Origin: Gemmatimonadota bacterium
Lineage (GTDB): Bacteria > 4572-55 > J002
Direction of reading: 5' to 3'
Assembly (NCBI GenBank): GCA_003697105.1
Contig: RFFQ01000034.1
Span: 1-40,880 of the forward strand
Length of the DNA: 40,880 nucleotides
Part shown: piece after piece, positions 29,301 to 37,858 of the stretch
Numbering within the stretch: the first letter of the stretch is position 1
Layout of the letters: each line of letters begins with the position of its first letter
Position numbers and translations under genes: made by a program
Notes under the pieces: model-generated
Told to the model about the DNA's origin: nothing
Database searches by the model: none
Seen by the model: the letters and a program-made list of their open reading frames with translations, nothing else

Positions 29301-29349
29301 TCCCCAAACCCAGAAATAGACTAACCCAAATCAATACAAACTGCTTCAT
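26344..29349 (-). CDS. Secreted M1 family aminopeptidase with C-terminal FlgD-Ig/secretion-tail domain
   Basis: AGGAGG RBS and signal peptide from ATG 29349. GGMEN, HELGH...WLNEGFA and VYDKAG motifs. C-terminal NYPNPFNPQTTIAYELP...WNGRDSDGQPVGSGVYVYRL. Confidence 0.93.
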   Translation of the reverse strand: MKQFVLIWVSLFLGLGTHYGLAEDSAPWFQPEGYPGCSHGKDEAKYRHYFSNLRTDHGFDATYYDVHLEIDPETEMVEGTVHMTATSTEAGLQTIELDLMEDMTVSNVVMNDTDVDFIHENNQLAITLDTAYDEGQPFTVSVQYYGTPAYGIYFFPSIGEVSTHNQPSDVRYYIPCFDDPSDKADSLSMNLTFPSEWNVYSNGVLREIVDNGETRTHRWHTQYPISTYLIAFVASPDYEVLELEYEALDGTIMPMPCYVFNWQYEEAEGSFQDMQFMMESLVNHFGEYPFLAEKYGQASFHIFGGGMENQTITLLHANTIDGSINHNFWLYAHELGHQWWGDMITCETWADIWLNEGFASYTEALYYEAYFGDIRPYVLSMRNSYQNQGYDHPVYDPPPGFLFSNVVYDKAGMVLHMLRGLYPDQFDDILAEYRAQYAFSTAETADFHQVCETVTGDDLDWFFDEWIYDEGYPQFDIFWDMWQSSENTYTLEMALYQTQTAEGDRLFEMPMQLGGDYTINEDNEIYELETVQIEATDANYVTLTFNDEPLDVAIDPYEWVVVKSVNVARTQKFAVDQIGILDNDNDQLLEENETANLVFGLRNGLAPAENVSVTLVTTDDAVTITDDTAVFGTIGAGEMVLNTNDPFTIQIADEIEPHEVSFDLVISWGDGSHTTIEQTVAIGPAQDVLVVNDDDGNPAYLHYYTGALEAAPTAYQIRDNRLFGVPTSEHLDNFDLVIWYTGDQTENTLTGAEQAVLMTYLENGGNLLLSGQGIAEDIGNSMFYTDYLHATMQPGNTSGQRILQGVDGDPISDGMVVSISGGDGANNQTHVNVIEPQEDAESFLNFFPTTNSVALHYQGDYRLIYLAFGFEAVNQRTPVMASREELMYNMLMFLDPNVDVVTPEPHILTPESYSLSNYPNPFNPQTTIAYELPQTTEVTLAIYDIQGRLIRTLVHGAHSAGRYSTVWNGRDSDGQPVGSGVYVYRLTTDTFSDSRTMMLMK

Positions 29350-29585
29350 AAAAACCTCCTGACTGGTAAAAAGGATAAGAATCTGAAAAACCATCAATTA
29401 TCAATGGGTATCCGCGGGTGTACTCGTCAAAAATCGAGTGGAAATGGGGGGGACGTGGGGATGATGAATTTCAAACGGTGCCCAATAAACGGTTGGTGAC
29501 GAGAACCACCAGATTGACCCTAAAATAGCCTCCCAAGATACATCACCCCGCCAGTTTAATCAATTGTTAATTATTGAAAAAACTG

Positions 29586-29614
29586 TTGCGTAGAAAAATT
29601 GATTGTATTATATT
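29586..29614 (+). promoter_or_regulatory. Putative sigma70 promoter
   Basis: TTGCGT-N17-TATATT. Confidence 0.4.
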
Positions 29615-29664
29615 CGACACGCTTAAGGAGAATAAGAACTTAACTTTAATAACATCAGTAAGTT

Positions 29665-30180
29665 ATGAAGGTAACCATGATAAACGAACCGAAAAATAAC
29701 CCTGAATTTGAAGACGAAGATGATGATCTCTTGGCGGATGACCTCGATGACATTGAAGTAATTGATAGCGACGAGGACACCGATGAGATCGATGAAGATG
29801 AGATCGAAGCGGTTGAGTTTGAAGATGACTATGAACTTTTCGATGAAGATACCGGCACGCACGAACAGATTGAGATGGTGCCGGTTTATCGTGCGCCCAC
29901 CGAGCATGTGGGGTATTCGCTAGTCAAAATTTTACAGGAAAATAATTATTTGGTGGACATCCGCCAGTTGGAGGGTCCTGTAAATCAAGCAACCAAACGC
30001 ACCATCCGCTCCCGGGATTTTTGGGGTGAAATTTTAGTACCCGCTCCAGATGCCCAACAGGCGTTATCCCTCATCACCAAATATCTGGATGTTGTCGAAA
30101 ATGCGGAACGGATGAGTGTGGGCGAGGACTTCCTACCTCACCAAATTATCAGTGGGCGGATGCCACACGTAAATATATGA
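29665..30180 (+). CDS. Hypothetical protein with a very acidic N-terminus and a DUF2007-like C-terminal domain
   Basis: Asp/Glu-rich first 65 aa, then VPVYRAP...EILVPAPDAQQALSLI. Start may be 29677. Confidence 0.75.
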   Translation: MKVTMINEPKNNPEFEDEDDDLLADDLDDIEVIDSDEDTDEIDEDEIEAVEFEDDYELFDEDTGTHEQIEMVPVYRAPTEHVGYSLVKILQENNYLVDIRQLEGPVNQATKRTIRSRDFWGEILVPAPDAQQALSLITKYLDVVENAERMSVGEDFLPHQIISGRMPHVNI

Positions 30181-30207
30181 GAAATAAAGGATAACCTCCG
30201 AAAATAC

Positions 30208-30240
30208 AACCCGGACATCAAACGATGCCCGGGTTTTTTT
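30208..30240 (+). terminator. Intrinsic terminator
   Basis: AACCCGG-ACATC...GATGC-CCGGGTT followed by a T run. Confidence 0.8.
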
Positions 30241-30311
30241 GTATCCAACACAACCCGCCGTACATTTGCCATATTTGCGCTTTTAGCTTGCCATTTTAGA
30301 GCTAAATCATT

Positions 30312-30893
30312 ATGCTACATGCCATGCAAACCGAACATGCCTTTTTGTGCCCAAATTATCTCTTGGCGGGCACCCCACGCCAGCAACAGGCGTATCAAAC
30401 GTTAGCGGAACACCATATTTTGCAGCACCTGATGAGTTTTCAACCGGTGTTGTGCGGTACAATCCCCTTGAATATCGATCTGAATACAAGCGATTTAGAC
30501 ATCATTTGCACGGTCACCAATGCCGACCGTTTTCGGAAACAGATTTACACCCACTTTAGCCGTTATCCGGCATTTGAATACACAGAACGGCTCTTTCAAG
30601 ACGAACCGTCGTTTATTTTTCGGTTTGAAACCGGTCTGTTTCCGGTTGAAATTTTCGGGCAGGCAACACCGGTGGCAACCCAAGCCGCATTCCGCCACAT
30701 GTGGGTTGAATACCTGCTCCTGCAACTGGGAGGCGAACCGGCACGGCAAGCCATCCGGCAACTCAAGCAAAACGGAGTAAAAACAGAACCGGCGTTTGCT
30801 CGCTACTTTCAACTGGACGGTGACCCGTACCGGCGGTTGTACGAACTCTCTTTTTTGACCCTGACTGAATTGAAAGCCCATATATCCCGATGA
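30312..30893 (+). CDS. DUF4269 family protein
   Basis: PVLCGTIPLNIDLNTSDLDIIC, EIFGQ and GVKTEPAFA...GDPY. Confidence 0.85.
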   Translation: MLHAMQTEHAFLCPNYLLAGTPRQQQAYQTLAEHHILQHLMSFQPVLCGTIPLNIDLNTSDLDIICTVTNADRFRKQIYTHFSRYPAFEYTERLFQDEPSFIFRFETGLFPVEIFGQATPVATQAAFRHMWVEYLLLQLGGEPARQAIRQLKQNGVKTEPAFARYFQLDGDPYRRLYELSFLTLTELKAHISR

Positions 30894-31741
30894 AATTATT
30901 TCAAAAATCAAAAACCATCCCCCCCCGTGCAGATTTGCACATGCATTCGGTTTTTTCTGATGGGAAATCCACCCCCTCAGAATTGGTCGATCTGGCAAAA
31001 GCCCACCATCTGACCGCCATTGCCATTACGGATCATGATGTGATGGACGCCTACCCCGATATTTGCGAGTATGGCAAACGCCAGAACGTGGAAGTGATTC
31101 CGGGGGTGGAACTCTCCGCCAATTATCAGGAGAAAGATGTGCATATTCTGGGTTATTTTGTCGATCCAGAACATCCCGAACTCAAAGCAACCATGCGCCA
31201 CTGCCGGGAAAGCCGCCATGAGCGGGCAAAGCAAATGGTGGAAAAGCTGAACCAGCAAAACGTCAACATCAGCTTTGACCGGGTGGCTGAAATTGCCGGT
31301 GAAGGCGCCATTGGGCGCCCGCATATTGCACAGGCGCTGCTGGAATCCGGCTATGTGTACGAGTGGCAAGAAGCGTTTCACCGCTTCATCGGCTATCATA
31401 ATGAAGCCTATGTGGCAAAAGCCGGACTATCTCCTGCCGAGGCATTCCGGTTGATTCATGATGCCGGCGGAATTGCCGTATGGGCACATCCGGGTAGTAT
31501 CCGGCAAGACAAATGGCTGACAGAGTTTGTGGCACAAGGCTTGGACGGTCTGGAGGTGCACCATCCCGTGCACGATCCCCATCGACGCCGGCAATATGCC
31601 GCTCTCGCTCGAAAATATGGCTTGATACCGACCGGTGGTACGGACTTCCACGGGGACCCGCAAACTACCCCGGCAATCGGTGCCATTTCGGTTTCCTATG
31701 ATGTCGTGAAACAGATGAAACGACGAACAGCAGACCAGTAA
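30890..31741 (+). CDS. PHP domain metal-dependent phosphoesterase (TrpH/YciV-like)
   Basis: DLHMHSVFSDG, AITDHD, HILGY, GRPHIA, AHPG and GGTDFHG. Confidence 0.92.
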   Translation: MKLFQKSKTIPPRADLHMHSVFSDGKSTPSELVDLAKAHHLTAIAITDHDVMDAYPDICEYGKRQNVEVIPGVELSANYQEKDVHILGYFVDPEHPELKATMRHCRESRHERAKQMVEKLNQQNVNISFDRVAEIAGEGAIGRPHIAQALLESGYVYEWQEAFHRFIGYHNEAYVAKAGLSPAEAFRLIHDAGGIAVWAHPGSIRQDKWLTEFVAQGLDGLEVHHPVHDPHRRRQYAALARKYGLIPTGGTDFHGDPQTTPAIGAISVSYDVVKQMKRRTADQ

Positions 31742-31805
31742 CAGAGATCCCCCCCTTGAAATCTCCGGTGGAGTCTATTCTACTGCCAATGTTGGGACAA
31801 AATCC

Positions 31806-33713
31806 ATGACGAACCATATCACGCCCCCTCACCCCTCTTTTGACGAACTTCAACAGCAATTGGATCACATGCTACAGCGCATTCATCGCATCCGGCAGGA
31901 GGTTCGCCGGCTGGAATCACCCCCCAACCAACCGGCGTTCGCACCCGAAGACCGGGAAAAACTGCTCCATGTGATCCATTTGATCAGTGCTAATTTGCGA
32001 TTAGATGACTTGCTGGATACGGTTATTGATGTGTCTTTACGGTTGACCGGCGCAGAACGAGGCTTTTTGATGCTCATTGCCGAGGATGGAAGTTTTGACT
32101 TTAAGGTCGCCCGCCGGATAGACCAAACTGATCTGGAAGCCGAGCCATTTCAAGTAAGCCGAACGGTATTACGTCAGGTTGTTGAATCCCAACAACCGGT
32201 GTTTATTCGGGATACCGGTAAAGAATTGGAGTTCAGCCGCTCCAGCAGTATTGCACAATTGGAGTTATTATCCGTGATTGCCGTCCCTTTGATCGGGCGC
32301 TCCAGCCACACCCTGATCGGCGCGATTTACGTGGACAGCCAATCCATTAATCAAGTGTTTGAACCACACGATATGGAACTCGTACAAGCCGTGGCAAATC
32401 AAGCCGCCATTGCGATTGAGAACGCCCGGTTATACGAGCATGTGGAACAAGACCGGCAGGATTTAGAACGGATTTATGAAGTTAGCAAAGCGATCAATGC
32501 CACGCTAAACCCGGAGGAACTCCTCACCTTAATTGTGGATACCGCCATTGACATCACCGCAGCGGAACGAGGGGTACTCATGCTAACCCATCCCAAAGTT
32601 CATGGTACCTACGAACTGGAATTTCGGATTGCCCGCGATCACCAGAAACAAACCCTAGCGGAAAATGAATTTGACATCAGCTACACCATCACCAATAGGG
32701 TTTTGGAAACAAAAGCCCCCGTATTGATCGCCGATGTGGAAAAGGAAGTGGACTTGATCCCACCCAGTAGTAGTATTATGAACTTACAGTTGAAATCTGT
32801 GTTGGGGGTGCCCCTCCTGACCAGCCAACGATTGATCGGCATTATTTACGTGGATACATCCGCCCTGAGCCAGCATTTTACCAAGCGTGAATTGCGCTTG
32901 CTGAGTACGCTCTCGGGACAGGCGGCAATTGCCGTCGAAAATGCAACCCTTTATACCGATCTTCAACGCGCCCATCAGGAATTGACCGAACTGGATAAAA
33001 TGAAATCCAAATTCATCAGCCTTGCCTCCCATGAACTGCGCACGCCCATGACGGTCATTGCCGGTTATTTGTATCTCCTGAATAACTTTCCGGAATCCGA
33101 AGTCTCGGGAAAAGCGCGTGACATCATCGGTATCTTAAAAAAAAGCATGGAAAAACTCACCAGCATCGTCAACAATATTGCCAATTTAGCCCGTCTGACC
33201 GCGCCGGATTATCAAATTGAAATGAAACCGGTCTCCATAACCCATGTGATCCAAGATGTACGGCAGGAAGTCACCCCTTTTATTGAACAGCGAAATCAGC
33301 ACCTAACAATACAGCTCCCAGAAGAAGAAATATGGATTGAAGCCGATGAACAATCGATCTGGCAAGCGTTAGCAAATTTAGTGATCAACGCGATCCGCTT
33401 TACCGAAGATAGCGGCTCAATCCAGATCACTTTATTGGATCAAGACCAGCAGGTGGAAATCCAAGTAACAGATACCGGCATCGGAATTCCGGCAACAGAA
33501 CATCACCATATTTTCGACCAATTTTATGAAATCGGAGATGTTCTTTATCACAGCTCTGGGCACGTGGAATTTAAATCCGGCGGTCTGGGTGTTGGGCTAT
33601 CCATTGCAAAAATCGCAGTGGAGCAACATCACGGTAAAATCTGGCTGGAAAGCGAAGAAGGTAAAGGTAGTACGTTTTATTTCCGGTTGCCGAAAACGCA
33701 ACCACCCCATTGA
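31806..33713 (+). CDS. Cytoplasmic sensor histidine kinase with two GAF domains
   Basis: Two GAF repeats (AERG.LML...IYVD...QAAIA.ENA), H-box SHELRTP, N-box NLVINA, DTGIGI and GLGVGLSI. No TM segment. Confidence 0.92.
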   Translation: MTNHITPPHPSFDELQQQLDHMLQRIHRIRQEVRRLESPPNQPAFAPEDREKLLHVIHLISANLRLDDLLDTVIDVSLRLTGAERGFLMLIAEDGSFDFKVARRIDQTDLEAEPFQVSRTVLRQVVESQQPVFIRDTGKELEFSRSSSIAQLELLSVIAVPLIGRSSHTLIGAIYVDSQSINQVFEPHDMELVQAVANQAAIAIENARLYEHVEQDRQDLERIYEVSKAINATLNPEELLTLIVDTAIDITAAERGVLMLTHPKVHGTYELEFRIARDHQKQTLAENEFDISYTITNRVLETKAPVLIADVEKEVDLIPPSSSIMNLQLKSVLGVPLLTSQRLIGIIYVDTSALSQHFTKRELRLLSTLSGQAAIAVENATLYTDLQRAHQELTELDKMKSKFISLASHELRTPMTVIAGYLYLLNNFPESEVSGKARDIIGILKKSMEKLTSIVNNIANLARLTAPDYQIEMKPVSITHVIQDVRQEVTPFIEQRNQHLTIQLPEEEIWIEADEQSIWQALANLVINAIRFTEDSGSIQITLLDQDQQVEIQVTDTGIGIPATEHHHIFDQFYEIGDVLYHSSGHVEFKSGGLGVGLSIAKIAVEQHHGKIWLESEEGKGSTFYFRLPKTQPPH

Positions 33714-33772
33714 CACAAATAGCGGCAAGCGATGCCATCCCGTAGCAAACCCCTAACAAAGGGAAGTCTCCA

Positions 33773-34123
33773 ATGGTACATTCATGCAAAACCCTAGCAG
33801 ATTTTGAGCAATTACAGCAAAATAGCTATCACAAGCCGGTTTTTCTATTCAAACATTCGTCGATCTGTCCGGTTTCATCACGGGCGTGGCAGGAATTTAA
33901 GCAATTTCTGTCTGCCAACCCGACTTACGAGTATTGGCGGGTGCTGGCTGTGGAGGATCGCGCTCTATCCCGCCAAATTGCGGAGATATGTGGGGTAACG
34001 CACCAATCTCCCCAAGTAATTTTGTTCCATCAGGGACAAGCTATCTGGCATCAATCACATCTGTATATTACATCCGAAGCGCTCTTGCAAGCGGTTCAAT
34101 CTCTCATTCCTTCCACAAGGTAA
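33773..34123 (+). CDS. ytxJ: YtxJ-family monothiol redox protein (bacillithiol-associated, DUF2847)
   Basis: FKHSSICPVS and GVTHQSPQVIL...WHQSH. Confidence 0.85.
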   Translation: MVHSCKTLADFEQLQQNSYHKPVFLFKHSSICPVSSRAWQEFKQFLSANPTYEYWRVLAVEDRALSRQIAEICGVTHQSPQVILFHQGQAIWHQSHLYITSEALLQAVQSLIPSTR

Positions 34124-34126
34124 GTT

Positions 34127-34687
34127 ATGCCACTGGTTCTTATCCTATTGAGTACGCTTTCGTTAATCGGATTCGGGGTGACGTTTGCCTTGCGTCGCCA
34201 GCCTATCCCTGCGGCGAAATGGGTATGGTTTGGCGCGATTGGGGTCGGTCTGGTCGGTGCGGGTTTGGTCATCCACAACAGCCACCGTTTGGAAGAAGCG
34301 TTCACCCACCAACAGTGGCATCACGTCACGGGTCAAATCGTCCAGACCGAGATCATTGATAAATCCTTCCGTCCAATATTGACCTATCGCTATCTGGTGA
34401 ATGGACAATCTTTTACGGCTCAATCAGACCTCGATTTACCTTTTTTTGGCGGGAAGCGCAATCGCCGGGAAACGGCGGAAATTATTGTTCACGAATACCC
34501 GGCAGGTAAAAGGGTGACGGTTTACTATGATCCGGCAAATCCGGCAAAGTCAACCTTAACCCGTGTGCCAGCGTGGGATATTTTTATGAAACTCAGTTTT
34601 GGATCGTTCCTTTACGGTACCGGTCTGGTTTATACCTTGATGTTTCTCTGGAGTCAACGTTCCAAGCGTAAAACGATAACCCCTTGA
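34127..34687 (+). CDS. DUF3592 domain membrane protein
   Basis: TMs flanking W..VTGQI...YRYLVNGQ...YPAGKRVTVYYDPANP. Confidence 0.8.
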   Translation: MPLVLILLSTLSLIGFGVTFALRRQPIPAAKWVWFGAIGVGLVGAGLVIHNSHRLEEAFTHQQWHHVTGQIVQTEIIDKSFRPILTYRYLVNGQSFTAQSDLDLPFFGGKRNRRETAEIIVHEYPAGKRVTVYYDPANPAKSTLTRVPAWDIFMKLSFGSFLYGTGLVYTLMFLWSQRSKRKTITP

Positions 34688-34703
34688 GAAGATAGGAGGT
34701 TCC

Positions 34704-35414
34704 ATGCAACAGTTAAGTAACAAAGTCGCCCTGATCACCGGCGCCGGTGGTGCCGTCGGGAGTGGTGTCACCACCGCTTTGCACAAAGCCGGCTGCAAGC
34801 TCGTACTGGTGGAACTCAACGATACCCGGCTAATGCAACTTCGCCAACAGTTCGCGGGTTCAGATGATATTTTGCCCCTTCCGGCAGATTTAGGCGATCC
34901 GGAAGCGGTACAACGGCTGGTAGATAGTGCTACCCGCACATTTGGGCGGGTCGATTTTCTGTTTAATGCCGTTGGCGGTTGGGTCGGGGGTAAGCGGCTC
35001 CATGAGCACACTCTGGACGACTTGCAAAAGATGCTGCGCATTGACCTTATCCCAACATTCAACATTATGAACAAAATTCTACCGGTGATGGTCGATCAAG
35101 GTGGGGGTAAGATCATCAATTTTGCCTCGATGGCGGTATTTGGAACGGGAGCGAATGTCTCGGCGTATGCCGCCTCCAAATCTGGAATCGTGGCATTAAC
35201 CCGAGCCGCCGCCGAGGAATATAAAACCCATAATATTCAGGTACATGCCTTTGCTCCCTCCATTATTGACACCCCTGCCAATCGGGCGGCGATGCCCGGT
35301 GCCGATTTCAGCCAGTGGGTCAGTATTGCAGAGTTGGCACAGACTGCCGTCTTCATTTTTAGCTCGGCAAATTCCCTTAGCAGTACCATCTTCAAATTTA
35401 CCGGTCGTCTCTAA
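34704..35414 (+). CDS. Short-chain dehydrogenase/reductase
   Basis: TGAGGAVG, YAASK and PSIIDTPANRAAMP. Confidence 0.9.
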   Translation: MQQLSNKVALITGAGGAVGSGVTTALHKAGCKLVLVELNDTRLMQLRQQFAGSDDILPLPADLGDPEAVQRLVDSATRTFGRVDFLFNAVGGWVGGKRLHEHTLDDLQKMLRIDLIPTFNIMNKILPVMVDQGGGKIINFASMAVFGTGANVSAYAASKSGIVALTRAAAEEYKTHNIQVHAFAPSIIDTPANRAAMPGADFSQWVSIAELAQTAVFIFSSANSLSSTIFKFTGRL

Positions 35415-35430
35415 ATCCAAAAGGAAATTC

Positions 35431-36510
35431 ATGAGCACATTCACCAATTCAATGCTGGGATTAGCATTTTTAGGACTGGCATTTTTCGCCAGTTTATTGA
35501 TGTACAAGCTGTGGGGGTATCCCTTTGATAAACAAAAATTGAAAAGCGAAGCCCCCCCATTTTGGATACTGGTGCATAAGCTATTGGGCTGGGCGTTTGT
35601 CATTATCTATGTCCTGCTGATGTGGCAGATGATCCCGCGTTTGTGGAATTATCAGGTGGAACTCCCCCCGCGGACGGTGATGCATTTAACGATGGGTTTG
35701 GCAATCGGCATCATGTTATTCGTTAAGATTGTCATTGTCCGGTTTTTTCGCTATTTGGAGGACCCGATGGCACCTCTGCTCGGTACGGGGATTTTAATCG
35801 CAACCTTTATTTTGGTCTCGCTTTCCGTACCGCTTGCCCTACGGGATATTCATCTCAGCCAGCAAACATTGGGGGGTACCGTCTTCAGTGATGAAAATAT
35901 CAAACGGGTACAAAACCTGTTACCCACCGCCGGATTTCCCCCCGAAGCTGACCTGAAGGACCTCACTTCCATCAAAACCCTGAAACGGGGGCGCGATGTA
36001 TTACAGAAAAAATGTGTAGTTTGCCATGATATGCGAACCATTCTTGCCCGCCCCAAAACACCGGCAAATTGGGTCAAAACGGTGAACCGGATGGTTGAAC
36101 GCAGCCTTTTTGAGCCATACACCCCGGCGGAAACGTGGGCGGTATCCGCGTACCTGATCGCCATTTCACCCGAGTTACAAAAGGCAGTTAAACAACAACG
36201 CCAAGAAGAAGAAACCGCCGAAAACGCCAAAGCCGCGCTGGAAACACTCAATGAATCTTTTGAACCGGCAGAAGATAATACCGAAGAACACACCGGCGAA
36301 CCGGAAGTCGATCTGGCAGCGGCTCGCGAGTTGTGCGTAAAACTGTGCAACCAATGCCATGACTTTTCCGAAATTGAAACCTATCCGCTGGCGTCCAAAG
36401 CCGATGTGGTGAACTTGGTGGATCGCATGATCGATGAGGGATTGGAAATCGAAAAAGATGAGCTTCAACAGGTTATCCGCTACCTGAAAGCGACCTATGT
36501 GACACATTAG
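35431..36510 (+). CDS. Membrane protein (4 TM, two intramembrane His) with two C-terminal c-type heme domains
   Basis: ATG 35431 after AAGGA. His in WILVHKLLG and TVMHLTMG. CVVCH...VNRM and CNQCH...VDRM. Confidence 0.85.
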   Translation: MSTFTNSMLGLAFLGLAFFASLLMYKLWGYPFDKQKLKSEAPPFWILVHKLLGWAFVIIYVLLMWQMIPRLWNYQVELPPRTVMHLTMGLAIGIMLFVKIVIVRFFRYLEDPMAPLLGTGILIATFILVSLSVPLALRDIHLSQQTLGGTVFSDENIKRVQNLLPTAGFPPEADLKDLTSIKTLKRGRDVLQKKCVVCHDMRTILARPKTPANWVKTVNRMVERSLFEPYTPAETWAVSAYLIAISPELQKAVKQQRQEEETAENAKAALETLNESFEPAEDNTEEHTGEPEVDLAAARELCVKLCNQCHDFSEIETYPLASKADVVNLVDRMIDEGLEIEKDELQQVIRYLKATYVTH

Positions 36511-36624
36511 TGATCTCCTCGTGAGGGCTTTGACATTGACTTTTCGACGAGATTCGTTACGTTGCATGACACAATTCATTCGTTTTGTGAACACACACCA
36601 TCGCGAAGATATAAAGGAGGATTT

Positions 36625-37845
36625 ATGGCAGTTCGATTACCCATTTGGCTACAAATAACGGTTCTATTCCTGTTAGGGGGCTTCACCGTTGTACAGGCGG
36701 CACCCGCAATTCCGGCGGATGTAGCAACCATTTTTGCCAATAATTGCACCGATTGCCACGCCGGTGACCTACCGGATGCAAACCTGCGTCTCTCGGCGGA
36801 TATGATTTTTAGCTCGGCGGTGGGCAAACCGAGCCGCCAAATGCCGGGCATGATGCGTATCAAACCGGGAGACCCCGCAGGAAGTTATTTGATGATGAAA
36901 ATCCGCCATGATGAAGGGATTCAAGGGGAACCCATGCCCCTCGACGAAGACCAGCTTGCCCCAGCCGACATCGAAAAAATCGCCGGTTGGATTGCGTCGC
37001 TTTCGGCGGCAGATGTAGCCCCGGATCAACCGGAACCGGTGCAGGCGTTTGCCGGGTGGACGGTCGGTAATACCCCCACCGCCAAGGTACTCCGCAAAGG
37101 GGAGATGCTCTTTCGCATCAGCCACCGCTTTGTACCGGTAGTGAACGGCGGAGAAAATCAGAATGCCTACGACGTCAACTTTGGCTTGGACGGTCCCGCC
37201 GTGATCATGATTTCACTGGGTTACGCTCCCACAGATAACCTATTGCTCAATCTCGGACGGACTAACGCCGCCGATAACGTGGAATTTAACGCCCGCTACC
37301 GGATTTTACGGGAAACCTCCGGTCAAATACCGGTTTCACTGGCGATACAAGGAAATCTCAACTGGGAGAGCCAAAAGGTAGGAGATGAAAGCCGCCTACG
37401 GGGTGAAGTCCTTAAATATTCCATGCAAGCAATTGCCACCAAAGCCCTTACGGAAAAAGCCTCGATAGCAGTGGTTCCCGGCATTCTGATCAATTCCAAC
37501 AGTGCCATAGAGGATGAAGACCCGCTCCTAACGCTGGGCGTGGGGGGGCGCTATCATTTCGGTAATGGGCTTTCGCTCACAGCGGATTGGCTGCCGATCT
37601 TCACAGAATTGGACGCCGTCCAAAATTATGGGGTCGGGTTTTATGAAGGGGATGACCCCACAAAGGCACGCCGGTTTGATAGTTGGACGGTCGGCGTGGA
37701 AAAACAGGTTGGCGGGCACGTTTTTCAGCTCTTTTTTGCCAACTCACCTGTCATTGCAACCGATCAAGTCATGAACGGCGGTGATCTGGACGTCGCCGAA
37801 GGGGATATGCGACTCGGATTTGCCATTTACCGGATTTTGCGATAG
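36625..37845 (+). CDS. Exported cytochrome c domain fused to a DUF5777-like outer-membrane beta-barrel
   Basis: AAGGAGG RBS and signal peptide. CTDCH...PGDPAGSYL...PMP...IAGWI, then FRISHRF...FGLD...GGHVFQLFFANS...RLGFAIYR. Confidence 0.82.
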   Translation: MAVRLPIWLQITVLFLLGGFTVVQAAPAIPADVATIFANNCTDCHAGDLPDANLRLSADMIFSSAVGKPSRQMPGMMRIKPGDPAGSYLMMKIRHDEGIQGEPMPLDEDQLAPADIEKIAGWIASLSAADVAPDQPEPVQAFAGWTVGNTPTAKVLRKGEMLFRISHRFVPVVNGGENQNAYDVNFGLDGPAVIMISLGYAPTDNLLLNLGRTNAADNVEFNARYRILRETSGQIPVSLAIQGNLNWESQKVGDESRLRGEVLKYSMQAIATKALTEKASIAVVPGILINSNSAIEDEDPLLTLGVGGRYHFGNGLSLTADWLPIFTELDAVQNYGVGFYEGDDPTKARRFDSWTVGVEKQVGGHVFQLFFANSPVIATDQVMNGGDLDVAEGDMRLGFAIYRILR

Positions 37846-37858
37846 GAGACTTTCAACC

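Noticed and set aside
29470-29560. Minus-strand CTGGCG..GGTG..GGGAG..TGGGC resembling a ZTP (pfl) riboswitch upstream of the M1 peptidase
   Set aside because: It lacks the CGCC needed for the pseudoknot and a P1 stem, and the downstream gene context does not fit
35245-35430. Upstream extension of the 421-aa cytochrome ORF, and similar extensions at 36562 and 37781
   Set aside because: They overlap upstream genes or lack an RBS; internal ATGs at 35431, 36625 and 37859 have clear RBS and signal sequences
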